From assembly GCA_965228875.1 (NCBI GenBank), contig OZ245843.1:1780616-1844615 (forward strand): a stretch of 64,000 nt of DNA, in the 5' to 3' direction. How positions within the stretch are numbered: position 1 is the stretch's first letter; the number at the start of each line of letters is the position of its first letter. The DNA is from Thalassobaculaceae bacterium. GTDB lineage: Bacteria > Pseudomonadota > Alphaproteobacteria > Thalassobaculales > Thalassobaculaceae. The position numbers and the translations under genes were made by a program. The notes under the pieces were generated by a model. It was given only the letters and a program-made list of their open reading frames with translations, was not told the origin of the DNA and ran no database searches. Shown here piece after piece: positions 47,268-56,291 of the stretch.

Positions 47268-48797
47268 TCAGCGCGAGTCCGCCAGCGGCAGTTCGATCGT
47301 CACTTCCAGCCCTTTCGGCTCGACGTTGTCCGCGACGACGCGACCGTTGAGCGCCTCGACATTGCGGCTGACGATCCACATGCCCAAACCGAAATGCCCG
47401 GGGCCGCCCTCGTCCATGGCCGAGGCCGGACGCTTCGAGAAACCTTTCTCGAAGAGCTGGGCAAGCACTTCCGGTGTCGCGCCCGGCCCCTCGTCCCGCA
47501 CGGTGATGCGAACGGTCTTGCGACCGCACGTCAGGCGAACCGATACCGTCGTGCCCTTCGGAGCGAAGCCGACGGCATTCTCGATCACGTTCTCGAAAAC
47601 CGTCTCCAGCATCTCGTCACTGCCGAGCACGGTGGCGGACGCCGAGATCTCCGATCGCAGATGGATCCCGCGCGCTTCGCAGGGGCCGTCGAAATCCTCG
47701 CACAGGTCGCGCAGGAGCGTGTCGACACGAACCGGCGTGCGGGGCGGCGCGGCGAACTGGGCGGTGGCCTCTGTGGAGCGCTGACCCGCGACGATCAGAC
47801 TGCTCAGGCGCTGACGCGACTGATCGATGATGCCGAGCATGCGATGGGCGCGGGCATTGTCCTCCGGCACCGCACGGCGCAGCGCCTCAAGCGACTGGGC
47901 GATGGTCCCGACCGGAGTCTTCAGCGCATGCACCTGTTCCTCCGCCGAGCTGCGGATGACGGTGGCGACGCTGTTCAACCGCTGCACCATGGCGTCGAAC
48001 TGACCGGCGACGCCGTCGAGTTCGGGCACCCGGTTGAGCGAGCGGAACGAGCGACCGCCGCTGCCTCCGGAGGCGATCCGTCGGGCGTGGCGCTCGAACC
48101 GTCGCAGGGCGGCCCGCATGTCCAGAAGCAGCAGGATGAACACCGAGGCCATGATCACGTAGATGACCGTGGCGGCGATCACCTCCGGGCGCCGCCAGTA
48201 CGGTTCGGTCAGGGACTCCGCGACCGGATCGCTCAACGACAGGGAGGCGATGAGCGCCCAGCACCCCTGAACGGTCTGGATCGGCGTGATCGACACCAGC
48301 AGCTCGCGGCCCGCCTCGGGGTCCGTTGTGACGCGGCCGAGTTCCACCATGCCCGAACACGACGACCACACATCGTCCAACAGGCCGGAATCCCGGAAAA
48401 GCTTTCCTTCCCGTTCGAGCTGGTCGGCGCTGGCGGGCGGCGCGGCAGCGACATAATACAGGTCGGGCACATTGCCGGCGTCGCTGCCCGAGACCGCCGG
48501 GCTGTACAGCAGCCGGAGGCCCATTCCGGTCGTCTCGAACAGCTGCAGACGGTCCGGAATGTCGCCGAACACACCCGACTCCGCTGTTCCCAGGTCGTTG
48601 GCCAGCGCCTGGGCGATCGCAATGCCGTGGTTCCGCACGCTCTCGACCATATAGGTCCGGCGATCCTCGTCCGCCGTCTTGAACCGACCGTAAAGCACCA
48701 GCGGCACGATCAGGAACAGGACCGAGACGATCACCAGCTTGGCGGCGATCGACCGGCTGAACTTCGACAGCATGGACGATGAGTTACCGTTGTCCAC
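47268..48797 (-). CDS. Membrane sensor histidine kinase (ChvG-like)
   Basis: Two TMs around a periplasmic domain, HAMP-like linker, H-box VHALKTP, ENVIENA, DEGPG, FGLGMWIV. Confidence 0.92.
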   Translation of the reverse strand: MDNGNSSSMLSKFSRSIAAKLVIVSVLFLIVPLVLYGRFKTADEDRRTYMVESVRNHGIAIAQALANDLGTAESGVFGDIPDRLQLFETTGMGLRLLYSPAVSGSDAGNVPDLYYVAAAPPASADQLEREGKLFRDSGLLDDVWSSCSGMVELGRVTTDPEAGRELLVSITPIQTVQGCWALIASLSLSDPVAESLTEPYWRRPEVIAATVIYVIMASVFILLLLDMRAALRRFERHARRIASGGSGGRSFRSLNRVPELDGVAGQFDAMVQRLNSVATVIRSSAEEQVHALKTPVGTIAQSLEALRRAVPEDNARAHRMLGIIDQSRQRLSSLIVAGQRSTEATAQFAAPPRTPVRVDTLLRDLCEDFDGPCEARGIHLRSEISASATVLGSDEMLETVFENVIENAVGFAPKGTTVSVRLTCGRKTVRITVRDEGPGATPEVLAQLFEKGFSKRPASAMDEGGPGHFGLGMWIVSRNVEALNGRVVADNVEPKGLEVTIELPLADSR

Positions 48798-48803
48798 CGC
48801 CGG

Positions 48804-49559
48804 CTACTCCGGCTCTCGCCAGCGATAACCGAACCCCGGATAGTTCTCGATCTGCTCGAAATCGTCGTCGATGTCCTTGAACTTCTGTCGGATCCGCTTG
48901 ACGAAACTTCGCACGTTCGCGCGGTAGCCTTCGCCACCGGTGCCGACGAAGAAGTTCTCTCCGTGCACCAGGTTGTACAGGTCGCGGTATTTCACGTCCC
49001 GCCCCGGCTGCGAGGCCAGTTCGTCGACCAACTGATACTCGGTGAGGGTCAGCGGCACCTGCTCGTCGTTCCAGAAGGCGCGGCCCGCCGCCCGGTCGAG
49101 GGTGAGCGCGCCGACGACCAGTTCGTCGCCGTCGTCCTCGTCGCCGGAACCGTCGGCGTTCTGGGCGGAACTCCGCCCTCGAACCCCGGACAGAATGATC
49201 TTCACCCGGCGCAGGACGATCGAGAAGCTCCGCGACTTGTCGACGAAATCCACCGCACCGGTGGCCAGCGCCGACTCCTCGAAGATCTGGTCGGTCAGGC
49301 TGGTCAGGATGATCGCCGGCAGCTTGAAACCCTCGCCGTTCATCGCCTTCAGGGTATCGAGCCCCGACATCCCCGGCATCTTCCAGTCGAGGATGACCAG
49401 GTCGAAGTTCGCATCCTGGGACAGCCGCTGCATCGCCGCCTCGCCGGATTCCGCCGTCTCGGTCTCGATGCCGTTGTCCTCGAGATTGATCGCCAGCGTC
49501 TCCAGAAGGAGCGCATCGTCGTCGACGATCAGCACGCGGGCGGGCGGACCGGCCGGCAT
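48804..49559 (-). CDS. OmpR-family response regulator (ChvI-like paralog)
   Basis: IVDDD, ILDWKMPG, FVDKS; wHTH VKRIRQKFKDIDDDFEQIENYPGFGYRW; ATG 49559 is coupled to the upstream stop (TGATG). Confidence 0.92.
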   Translation of the reverse strand: MPAGPPARVLIVDDDALLLETLAINLEDNGIETETAESGEAAMQRLSQDANFDLVILDWKMPGMSGLDTLKAMNGEGFKLPAIILTSLTDQIFEESALATGAVDFVDKSRSFSIVLRRVKIILSGVRGRSSAQNADGSGDEDDGDELVVGALTLDRAAGRAFWNDEQVPLTLTEYQLVDELASQPGRDVKYRDLYNLVHGENFFVGTGGEGYRANVRSFVKRIRQKFKDIDDDFEQIENYPGFGYRWREPE

Positions 49560-50062
49560 CAGGACTTCCGTGTCCTCGTAGCGAGCCTCGTCAAACATGA
49601 CCGACGCTCCCGATCGCCGAGCGACGCGGGCAGGACCTTGTGTCCCAGAACCGAGTAGCGTGCGGCGGCGACCTGTGGAAACAGATAGAGCTCGACCGAA
49701 CAGGCGCCTTCCCGGTAGATCCAGACCATGCCGGGCGGCTGGTCGCGCACGTCGTCCGCCGGCCCGAGACGGGCCAGGACTTCATCCCGGTCGACACCAG
49801 CGAGGGCGTCGAGATCGAGCGGCGTGGCTGAATTGTCGGGAGCCGGCTGGCGCCCTGGGCCAGGCGCATCGGTGTCGGCACCGCGTGGTGCGATCGCCGG
49901 TCGCGGCTCCGGGACGGGAGGTCGGTCCGGTTCGGGCTGCCGATCCGCTGCCGGCAGCCCGCTCGGAGTCCGCACGGCCTCGACCGACCCGGCCGGACCG
50001 GCGCGATCGCTGGAACAGGCCGCCAGCAAGAGCAAGGCGAGGATCGGGGGGATCGGGCGCAT
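49559..50062 (-). CDS. Lipoprotein with Pro-rich linker and SmpA/OmlA-like C-domain
   Basis: Lipobox LAAC; EVLARLGPADDVR...VWIYREGAC motif. Confidence 0.8.
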   Translation of the reverse strand: MRPIPPILALLLLAACSSDRAGPAGSVEAVRTPSGLPAADRQPEPDRPPVPEPRPAIAPRGADTDAPGPGRQPAPDNSATPLDLDALAGVDRDEVLARLGPADDVRDQPPGMVWIYREGACSVELYLFPQVAAARYSVLGHKVLPASLGDRERRSCLTRLATRTRKS

Positions 50063-50154
50063 GCAGCACTGATCGCCCCCCTACCGCTTTCTGTCAATCC
50101 ACTCAACATTGTCCTTTCCTGTCTGACGTTCGTTCCAGGACGCGGATGACGGCC

Positions 50155-50403
50155 TCAGGGATCGACGCTGACGTCGTCCTCGTCGGTGAAGGCGCCGATC
50201 GCGGCGCCCGCGGCACCGCCCAGGACACTGCCCGCGACCCAGCTGCCACCGGTCAGCACGCCAGCCGCCGCGCCGGCGCCGGCGCCGATGGCGCCACCCG
50301 ACAGGGTCCTCTGCTCCTGGCCGCTCATGTTCGAGCACCCTCCAAGAACGAAACCGGCAACGAGAATGCCGGAAAGAGTCTTCATGAGCTTACGTTCCGC
50401 CAT
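50155..50403 (-). CDS. Small glycine-zipper lipoprotein
   Basis: LGGC lipobox; GGAIGAGAGAAAG and GSVLGGAAGAAIG; AGGAGG RBS. Confidence 0.88.
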   Translation of the reverse strand: MAERKLMKTLSGILVAGFVLGGCSNMSGQEQRTLSGGAIGAGAGAAAGVLTGGSWVAGSVLGGAAGAAIGAFTDEDDVSVDP

Positions 50404-50467
50404 AACGGATCCTCCTTCCTATAGAGACAGTTGAGACATATTCGTCGAAAACTACGCGTTCAACCGA

Positions 50468-50505
50468 TGCACACCGATGACACAGCGTGACACAGAAAAG
50501 ACACG
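50468..50505 (-). promoter_or_regulatory. Phased GACAC/TGACACAG direct repeats upstream of the glycine-zipper gene
   Basis: TGCACACCGATGACACAGCGTGACACAGAAAAGACACG; ACAC cores recur at 9-11 bp spacing. Confidence 0.5.
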
Positions 50506-50529
50506 CACCTCCGGCCGAATACACGCACG

Positions 50530-50558
50530 GGGCCCCGGCCTGCCCGGCCGAGGCCCCG
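50530..50558. terminator. GC hairpin downstream of the OmpA gene
   Basis: GGGGCCCCGGCC...GGCCGAGGCCCC imperfect inverted repeat. Confidence 0.5.
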
Positions 50559-50582
50559 CCACTCTTTGAGTAGAGTGTGTGC

Positions 50583-51521
50583 TTACTTCTGGGCCGACTG
50601 GCCGCCGGTCGAGGTCGTGACGACGCCCTGGGCGATGATCTCGACCCGACGGTTCAGCGGGTGCTTGACGCCATCCGGGGTCTCCACGGCCGGAGCTTCC
50701 TCGCCCTCGGCGGTGATCTCCAGGTCCTCGATGTCGCCGGTCGTCATGCCCTGGCGGTCGAGCTCGGCGCGGACGGCGGCGGCACGACGGGCGGACAGGT
50801 CCTTGTTGTATTCGCTCGGACCCGACTTGTCGGCATGGCCGGCGATGTACAGGGTGACGTCGTCGATCTCCTTCATCTCGGCGACGAAGCGGTCGATGAG
50901 GTCCTGCGCCTGCTGGGTGATCGCATCGCTGTCGAAGTCGAAGTAGACGACCTCGCGGGCGACCTCGGCGACGGTGGTCGTCACCTCCGGCGTGGCGATC
51001 TCGGGCTCGGCCATCGCCGCCTTCAGCGCGTCAAGAGCGACGAAGAAGCGATCGCGGCAGGCGGCGATGTGGGTCGGCTGATGACCTTCCTCCTGCTGCT
51101 CGACCCAGCAGTCGTACTTGGCCTGGGCGACCGCGGCCTCGGACGGCGCCGCATCGCGCGCACCGTTGTCCAGCAGGCCGACCAGTTCGGCACGGGCCAT
51201 CTTCAGCTCGGCCATCTTCGCCGGATCCTCGATGCCCCAGCTCTCCGGATCGTAAGGCATCGGAATGTCGCCGGCCGCAGCGCGCATGCCCTTGGTGGCG
51301 TGGTTCTCGGCGTCGAACCAGTCGTACATCTCGTCGGCCTCGTAGAGCGCGATCTCCTTGTACTCCTCGACCAGGCGCTCGCTGAAGCTCGGGCCCGCCG
51401 GCTGTGCCTGGCGGATGGCCGCGACGTTCTCGAACAGCGCGGCGGCTTTCGCGCCGCCATGATCCACGGCCATCAGCGTGACCAGGGCGATCGGAACGGC
51501 ATACATGATCGGTTTACGCAT
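50583..51521 (-). CDS. OmpA-family peptidoglycan-binding protein with helical N-domain
   Basis: Signal peptide; AQAKYDCWVEQQEEGHQ...C; VYFDFDS, GHADKSG, YNKDLSARRA, NRRVEI. Confidence 0.93.
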   Translation of the reverse strand: MRKPIMYAVPIALVTLMAVDHGGAKAAALFENVAAIRQAQPAGPSFSERLVEEYKEIALYEADEMYDWFDAENHATKGMRAAAGDIPMPYDPESWGIEDPAKMAELKMARAELVGLLDNGARDAAPSEAAVAQAKYDCWVEQQEEGHQPTHIAACRDRFFVALDALKAAMAEPEIATPEVTTTVAEVAREVVYFDFDSDAITQQAQDLIDRFVAEMKEIDDVTLYIAGHADKSGPSEYNKDLSARRAAAVRAELDRQGMTTGDIEDLEITAEGEEAPAVETPDGVKHPLNRRVEIIAQGVVTTSTGGQSAQK

Positions 51522-51581
51522 CGGGTCTCTCCTTCGTTCGTTCTGTCCAAATAGGGAGGAAGGGCGGGCTCGGGTCCGCGC

Positions 51582-51788
51582 TCAGCGGCGCCCGTTCAGC
51601 GTCACGAGCGAACCCACGACCAGGGCCACGGCCCCGCCGACGATCAGCAGCATTGTCCGGTCGGAATACTGCCCCGTCAGTCCGTGCCTGAGCTCGTTGA
51701 GCGGCGCATCCGCCGCGCTCAGGCCAAGCGCCAGAAGCACGCCGCCGATCACGGCAACGGCAAGGCCGGCAACTTTCATCGGTGTCAT
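51582..51788 (-). CDS. Small two-TM membrane protein (DUF3185-like)
   Basis: GGVLLALG...LTGQYSDRTMLLIVGG pattern; GGGAG RBS. Confidence 0.75.
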   Translation of the reverse strand: MTPMKVAGLAVAVIGGVLLALGLSAADAPLNELRHGLTGQYSDRTMLLIVGGAVALVVGSLVTLNGRR

Positions 51789-52094
51789 CTCGCTTCTCCC
51801 AGTCATTCTGGCGACCGGACTTTCACCCCTCGCCACTCGTTAGCGACACCACAGAGACGGCGGCAGCCCGGCGAATATTCCGAAAAAAATCTCCGCCCCG
51901 GGTCCGGGACCGCCGCCGGGGTGGCGCCGTCGCCGGCATCGACACCCCGCAGATCCTTGAAATCCAAGGGTCGGACGCGTAGTAGAAGCCGCTCGATGAC
52001 CCGTTCCGGCCGACGCGTCGACGGACCGGATCGTCGGGGCCGCCTGCCTACCGCGCAGCCGGCGCCTCATCCCTTCACAACCACGGCTTTCACC

Positions 52095-53813
52095 ATGTCG
52101 AGCCCGTCCCCCCGCCGCATCCTGATCACCTCGGCCCTGCCGTACATCAACGGCGTCAAGCATTTGGGGAACCTCGCCGGTTCGATGCTGCCGGCCGACG
52201 TCTACGCGCGGTTCATGCGGATGAAGGGCAACGAGGTGATGTTCATCTGCGCCACCGACGAGCACGGCACGCCGGCCGAGCTCGCCGCCCACGAGGACGG
52301 TCTGACGCCGGAGGCGTACTGCGCCAAGCTGTACGACGTGCAGAAGTCGCAGTACGACCGTCTGGACCTCGCCTTCGACTATTTCGGCCGGTCTTCCTGT
52401 CCGCAGAACCATGAACTGACCCAGCACCTGGCCCACATGCTGGAGCGGAACGGCCTGATCGAGGAACGATCGTCCAACCAGGTCTATTCGATCGACGACG
52501 CACGGTTCCTGCCGGACCGCTATGTAGAGGGCGAGTGCCCGCATTGCGGTTTCGAGCGCGCGCGCGGCGACCAGTGCGACAGCTGCAGCCGCCTTCTCGA
52601 TCCGACCGACCTCATCAATCCGCGCTCGCGGATCAGCGGGTCGACCAACGTGGAGGTGCGCGAGACCCGTCACCTCTTCCTGCGTCAGTCGGAGATGCAG
52701 CAGCGCATCCGCGACTGGGTCGAGGCCGCCACCGACTGGCCGCCGCTGGCCCGGTCGATCGCCTTCAAGTGGCTTGACGAGGGCCTGCAGGATCGGGCGA
52801 TCACCCGCGACCTCAAATGGGGTGTGCCCGTCGCCTACCAGGGCACGGTGCGGCCCGGCTTCGAGGACAAGGTCTTCTACGTCTGGTTCGATGCGCCGAT
52901 CGCCTACATCGCCGCCACAAAGCAGTGGGCCGACGAGACCGGCGGCGACTGGGAGCGTTGGTGGCGCAAGGACAAGGGGGCGGACGACGTCACCTATGTG
53001 GAGTTCATGGGCAAGGACAACGTCGCCTTCCACGCGGTGAGCTTCCCGGTCACGCTGATCGGCAGCGGCGAGCCGTGGCAGCTTGTCGACAAGCTGAAGG
53101 CGATGAACTGGGTCAACTGGTACGGCGCGAAGTTCTCGACCTCCGAACACCGCGGCATTTTCCTGGACGATGCGCTGGAGATCCTGCCATCCGACACCTG
53201 GCGCTGGCACCTGACCGCCAACGCCCCGGAGTCCTCGGACTACAGCTTCACGCTGGAAGGCCTGCAGACCTCGATCAATGCCGATCTCGCCAACGTGCTC
53301 GGCAATTTCGTCAACCGGGTCACCAAGTTCTGCGCCAGCCGGTTCGACGGCCGGGTGCCGGAAGGCGGCCCCCTGTCCGACCTCGAAACCGAGTGCCGGT
53401 CCAGGGTGGCGGCGCTGATCGCCGAGATCGATCGGGAACTTGAGGCCATGAACTTCCGCAAGGCGGCGGCCGCGATCCGAGCGCTGTGGGTGGCCGGCAA
53501 CGAGTACATGCAGGCGTCGGAACCATGGAAGGCGATCAAGACCGACCCGGCGCGCGCCGGCGTGGCTGTTCGCTTCGCCCTCAACCTGGCCCGGGTCTCG
53601 GCCCTGGTCGCCGCGCCGGTCATCCCGGCCTCGGCGTCCAGGATCCTGGAGGCGCTAGGCGAGACCGACGGGCCGGTCTGGCCGGACCCCGCGGGCGGGG
53701 ATCTTCTGGATGCGTTGCCGACCGGTCAGGCCATCACGCCGCCGGACATCCTGTTCCGCCAGATCGAGGACGAGGAAATCGAGACCTGGCGCGAACGCTT
53801 CTCGGCGGGGTGA
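52095..53813 (+). CDS. metG: Methionine--tRNA ligase
   Basis: ITSALPYINGVKHLGN, ATDEHGT, FLPDRYV, CPHC/CDSC, YVWFDA, GKDN, KFSTS. Confidence 0.97.
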   Translation: MSSPSPRRILITSALPYINGVKHLGNLAGSMLPADVYARFMRMKGNEVMFICATDEHGTPAELAAHEDGLTPEAYCAKLYDVQKSQYDRLDLAFDYFGRSSCPQNHELTQHLAHMLERNGLIEERSSNQVYSIDDARFLPDRYVEGECPHCGFERARGDQCDSCSRLLDPTDLINPRSRISGSTNVEVRETRHLFLRQSEMQQRIRDWVEAATDWPPLARSIAFKWLDEGLQDRAITRDLKWGVPVAYQGTVRPGFEDKVFYVWFDAPIAYIAATKQWADETGGDWERWWRKDKGADDVTYVEFMGKDNVAFHAVSFPVTLIGSGEPWQLVDKLKAMNWVNWYGAKFSTSEHRGIFLDDALEILPSDTWRWHLTANAPESSDYSFTLEGLQTSINADLANVLGNFVNRVTKFCASRFDGRVPEGGPLSDLETECRSRVAALIAEIDRELEAMNFRKAAAAIRALWVAGNEYMQASEPWKAIKTDPARAGVAVRFALNLARVSALVAAPVIPASASRILEALGETDGPVWPDPAGGDLLDALPTGQAITPPDILFRQIEDEEIETWRERFSAG

Positions 53814-54035
53814 CCGCCGGTCCGCCCGACCGCAGTCGATCCGGGGCCGATGGCCGGCCGCCTTCGCACCGTCGGCCATCGGTTCAGATTCGCGTCGAGA
53901 GGATTGCACACCCCTCCCCCCGCCAATCCAAGCCAAGCCAAGCAGCGCCAAATCACGTCGACCGGGTGACGGACATCCGGATCGATGCAAGCGCCGGATC
54001 TCCGCTTGCCTTGAGGGTGGGGGCGGTTTTTTGTT

Positions 54036-54059
54036 TGTATGATTGTTGACAATCCTACA
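54036..54059. promoter_or_regulatory. GntR/FadR-type palindromic operator overlapping a -35 hexamer
   Basis: TGTATGATTGTTGACAATCCTACA with core GATTGT-TG-ACAATC, containing TTGACA; upstream of an operon that encodes a GntR. Confidence 0.65.
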
Positions 54060-54101
54060 TAAACGACCGACTGCTCCACCCTCACTGAAGGCTGGAAACC
54101 G

Positions 54102-54770
54102 ATGTCCCTCGCCCAGATCCGATACATCACGTTCGACTGCTACGGCACCCTGACCGATTTCCGGGTCGGCGACCTCACCCGCTCCCGCCTCGCCGACCGG
54201 GTCGATGGCAACGCCATGGCCGCGTTCCTCGAGGACTTCACCGCCTATCGGTTCGACGAGGTGCTCGGCGACTGGAAGCCCTATCCGGAGGTGCTGCGCC
54301 GCGCCCTGGAGCGCACCTGCAGACAGTGGGGCGTCGCGTTCCGCGCGGAGGACGCAGAGGCCATCGTCGACGCGATCCCGAGTTGGGGGCCGCACGCGGA
54401 CGTGCCCGCCGGCCTCGCCCGCGCGGCGCGGAAACTGCCGCTCGTCATCCTCTCCAACGCCTCCGACAGCCAGATCCAGTCCAATGTCGACCGGCTCGGC
54501 GCGCCCTTCCATGCCGTTCTGACGGCAGAGCAGGCGAAGGCGTACAAACCGCGCCTGCGGGCGTTCGAGTACATGTTCGATACTCTGGGCTGCGGTCCGG
54601 AGCACGTGATGCACGTCTCCTCCAGTCTGCGCTACGACCTGATGTCGGCCCACGACCTGCGGATCGCCCGCCGGGTCTTCGTCGAGCGCGGCCACGGTCC
54701 CGGCAACTCCGCATACGGCTACCAGGCGATCGCCGACATCGGCGGTCTGCCCGGCCTCCTCGGTCTCTGA
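54102..54770 (+). CDS. Haloacid dehalogenase type II (HAD) family protein
   Basis: TFDCYGTL, ILSN, YKP, HVSSSLRYDL. Confidence 0.92.
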   Translation: MSLAQIRYITFDCYGTLTDFRVGDLTRSRLADRVDGNAMAAFLEDFTAYRFDEVLGDWKPYPEVLRRALERTCRQWGVAFRAEDAEAIVDAIPSWGPHADVPAGLARAARKLPLVILSNASDSQIQSNVDRLGAPFHAVLTAEQAKAYKPRLRAFEYMFDTLGCGPEHVMHVSSSLRYDLMSAHDLRIARRVFVERGHGPGNSAYGYQAIADIGGLPGLLGL

Positions 54771-54772
54771 CC

Positions 54773-55447
54773 ATGGCGACGCCGAAGCCGATAGAGCGGG
54801 TGACGCTGTCCGCCCAGGTTGCCGAACGCCTGCGCGACGACATCCTCGCCGGGCTCCATCTCCCCGGCGCCCAGCTCCACGAAGTCGAACTCGCCCTGTC
54901 GCTCGGGGTCAGCCGCGGGCCGCTGCGCGAGGCGATGCAGCGCCTCGTACAGGAGGGGCTGCTGACCAGCGTCCCGCATCGCGGCGTGTTCGTCGCGGAA
55001 CTGACCGAGGACGACCTGACGGATGTGTTCTTCGTGCGTGCCAGCCTGGAGGAGGCGGCGGTCCGCCGCGTTGTCGCCTCCGGCGGCCGCGGGTCGACCG
55101 GCCGCGCCCTGGAGGCCATCGCCCGGCGCATGGACGAGGCCATGCGCGCCGGCGACCGGGCGACCGGCGGCGACCTGGATTTTGCCTTCCACCGCACCCT
55201 GGTCGATGCGGCCTGCAGCCCCCGCCTGTCGCGTACCTACGCCACGGTGCAGGCGGAAACCCGTCTCAGCCTGCACCGGCTGATGGGCGGCTACCGCTCG
55301 CGGATCGACCTCGCCGTCGAGCACTTCCGTCTGGCCGAGCTGATCGCGTCGGCGCCGCTCGCCGATGTGCTGGATGAGTTGCAACGCCATTTCGGCGACC
55401 CGGCGGCCATTCTCCGCCGCGCCCGCCAGGAGGGAAACGACGCATGA
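54773..55447 (+). CDS. GntR family regulator (FCD domain)
   Basis: LHEVELALSLGVSRGPLREAMQRL, PHRGVFV, DFAFH, EH. Confidence 0.93.
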   Translation: MATPKPIERVTLSAQVAERLRDDILAGLHLPGAQLHEVELALSLGVSRGPLREAMQRLVQEGLLTSVPHRGVFVAELTEDDLTDVFFVRASLEEAAVRRVVASGGRGSTGRALEAIARRMDEAMRAGDRATGGDLDFAFHRTLVDAACSPRLSRTYATVQAETRLSLHRLMGGYRSRIDLAVEHFRLAELIASAPLADVLDELQRHFGDPAAILRRARQEGNDA

Positions 55448-56280
55448 CCGCCGATACGCTCATCATGCCGGTCGTCTCGCAGGACGATCTCGACGCCATC
55501 ATGGACCTGGTCAGGGTCGTGCAGTGGCCGCATCGGCGCGGCGATGTCGCGATGATGCTGGACCTCGGATCCGGCCGGGTCGTCGTCGACGACAAGCGTC
55601 GGGTCCGGGCCGTCGGCCTGTGGTGGCCGTTCACGCCCGATTTCGCCCGCATCGGTCTCGTGATCGTCGCGCCGGACGCCCAGGGCTGCGGCCTCGGCCG
55701 CCGCCTGATGAAGCAGATTCTGGCCGATACCGGCGACCGGTCGGTCAAGTTGCTCGCCACCGAGGCCGGCTATCCACTCTACGAGAAGCTGGGCTTCGTT
55801 CCTGTCGGCGGCTGCCGCCAGTATCAGGGCGTCTATACCGGCGCGCCCGACGACGATCCGGCGATCCGGGACGGCGTTGCGGAGGATCTGGACGCCCTCC
55901 TCGCCCTCGACGGGCCGGCCTTCGGCGCCGGGCGTGCGACGGCCCTGCGCGCGCTGATGGCCGCCGGGCGGACGGCCATCCTGACCGGCGACGACGGGAT
56001 CGACGGCTACGCCATCGAGCGGGCCTTCGGCCGCGGCGCCGTGGTCGGCCCGATCGTCGCCCGCAGCGAGGATGCCGCCATCCGCCTGTTCCGCGCGCTC
56101 GCCCGTACCGGATATGTGCGCGTCGACATGCCGGTCGAGGCGGAGACCTTCGGCCGTCACGTGGCGCGGTACGGACTGGCGCCGGTCGCCGTCGACTCGC
56201 CGGTCATGGTGCTGGGCGACTGGCCCGCCCCGACCGGCGACCACAAGGTCTTCGGCCTGGCCAGCCACGCGCTCGGATAG
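55444..56280 (+). CDS. GNAT N-acetyltransferase (YitH-like, two-domain)
   Basis: IGLVIVAPDAQGCGLGRRLM, LATEAGYPLYEKLGF, VVGP. Confidence 0.9.
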   Translation: MTADTLIMPVVSQDDLDAIMDLVRVVQWPHRRGDVAMMLDLGSGRVVVDDKRRVRAVGLWWPFTPDFARIGLVIVAPDAQGCGLGRRLMKQILADTGDRSVKLLATEAGYPLYEKLGFVPVGGCRQYQGVYTGAPDDDPAIRDGVAEDLDALLALDGPAFGAGRATALRALMAAGRTAILTGDDGIDGYAIERAFGRGAVVGPIVARSEDAAIRLFRALARTGYVRVDMPVEAETFGRHVARYGLAPVAVDSPVMVLGDWPAPTGDHKVFGLASHALG

Positions 56281-56291
56281 GGAGGGCACGG

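Noticed and set aside
53870..54010. Third copy of the palindromic element, or a riboswitch, after metG
   Set aside because: Only CGGTTCAGAT is shared; I could not align the rest or recognise a riboswitch consensus.
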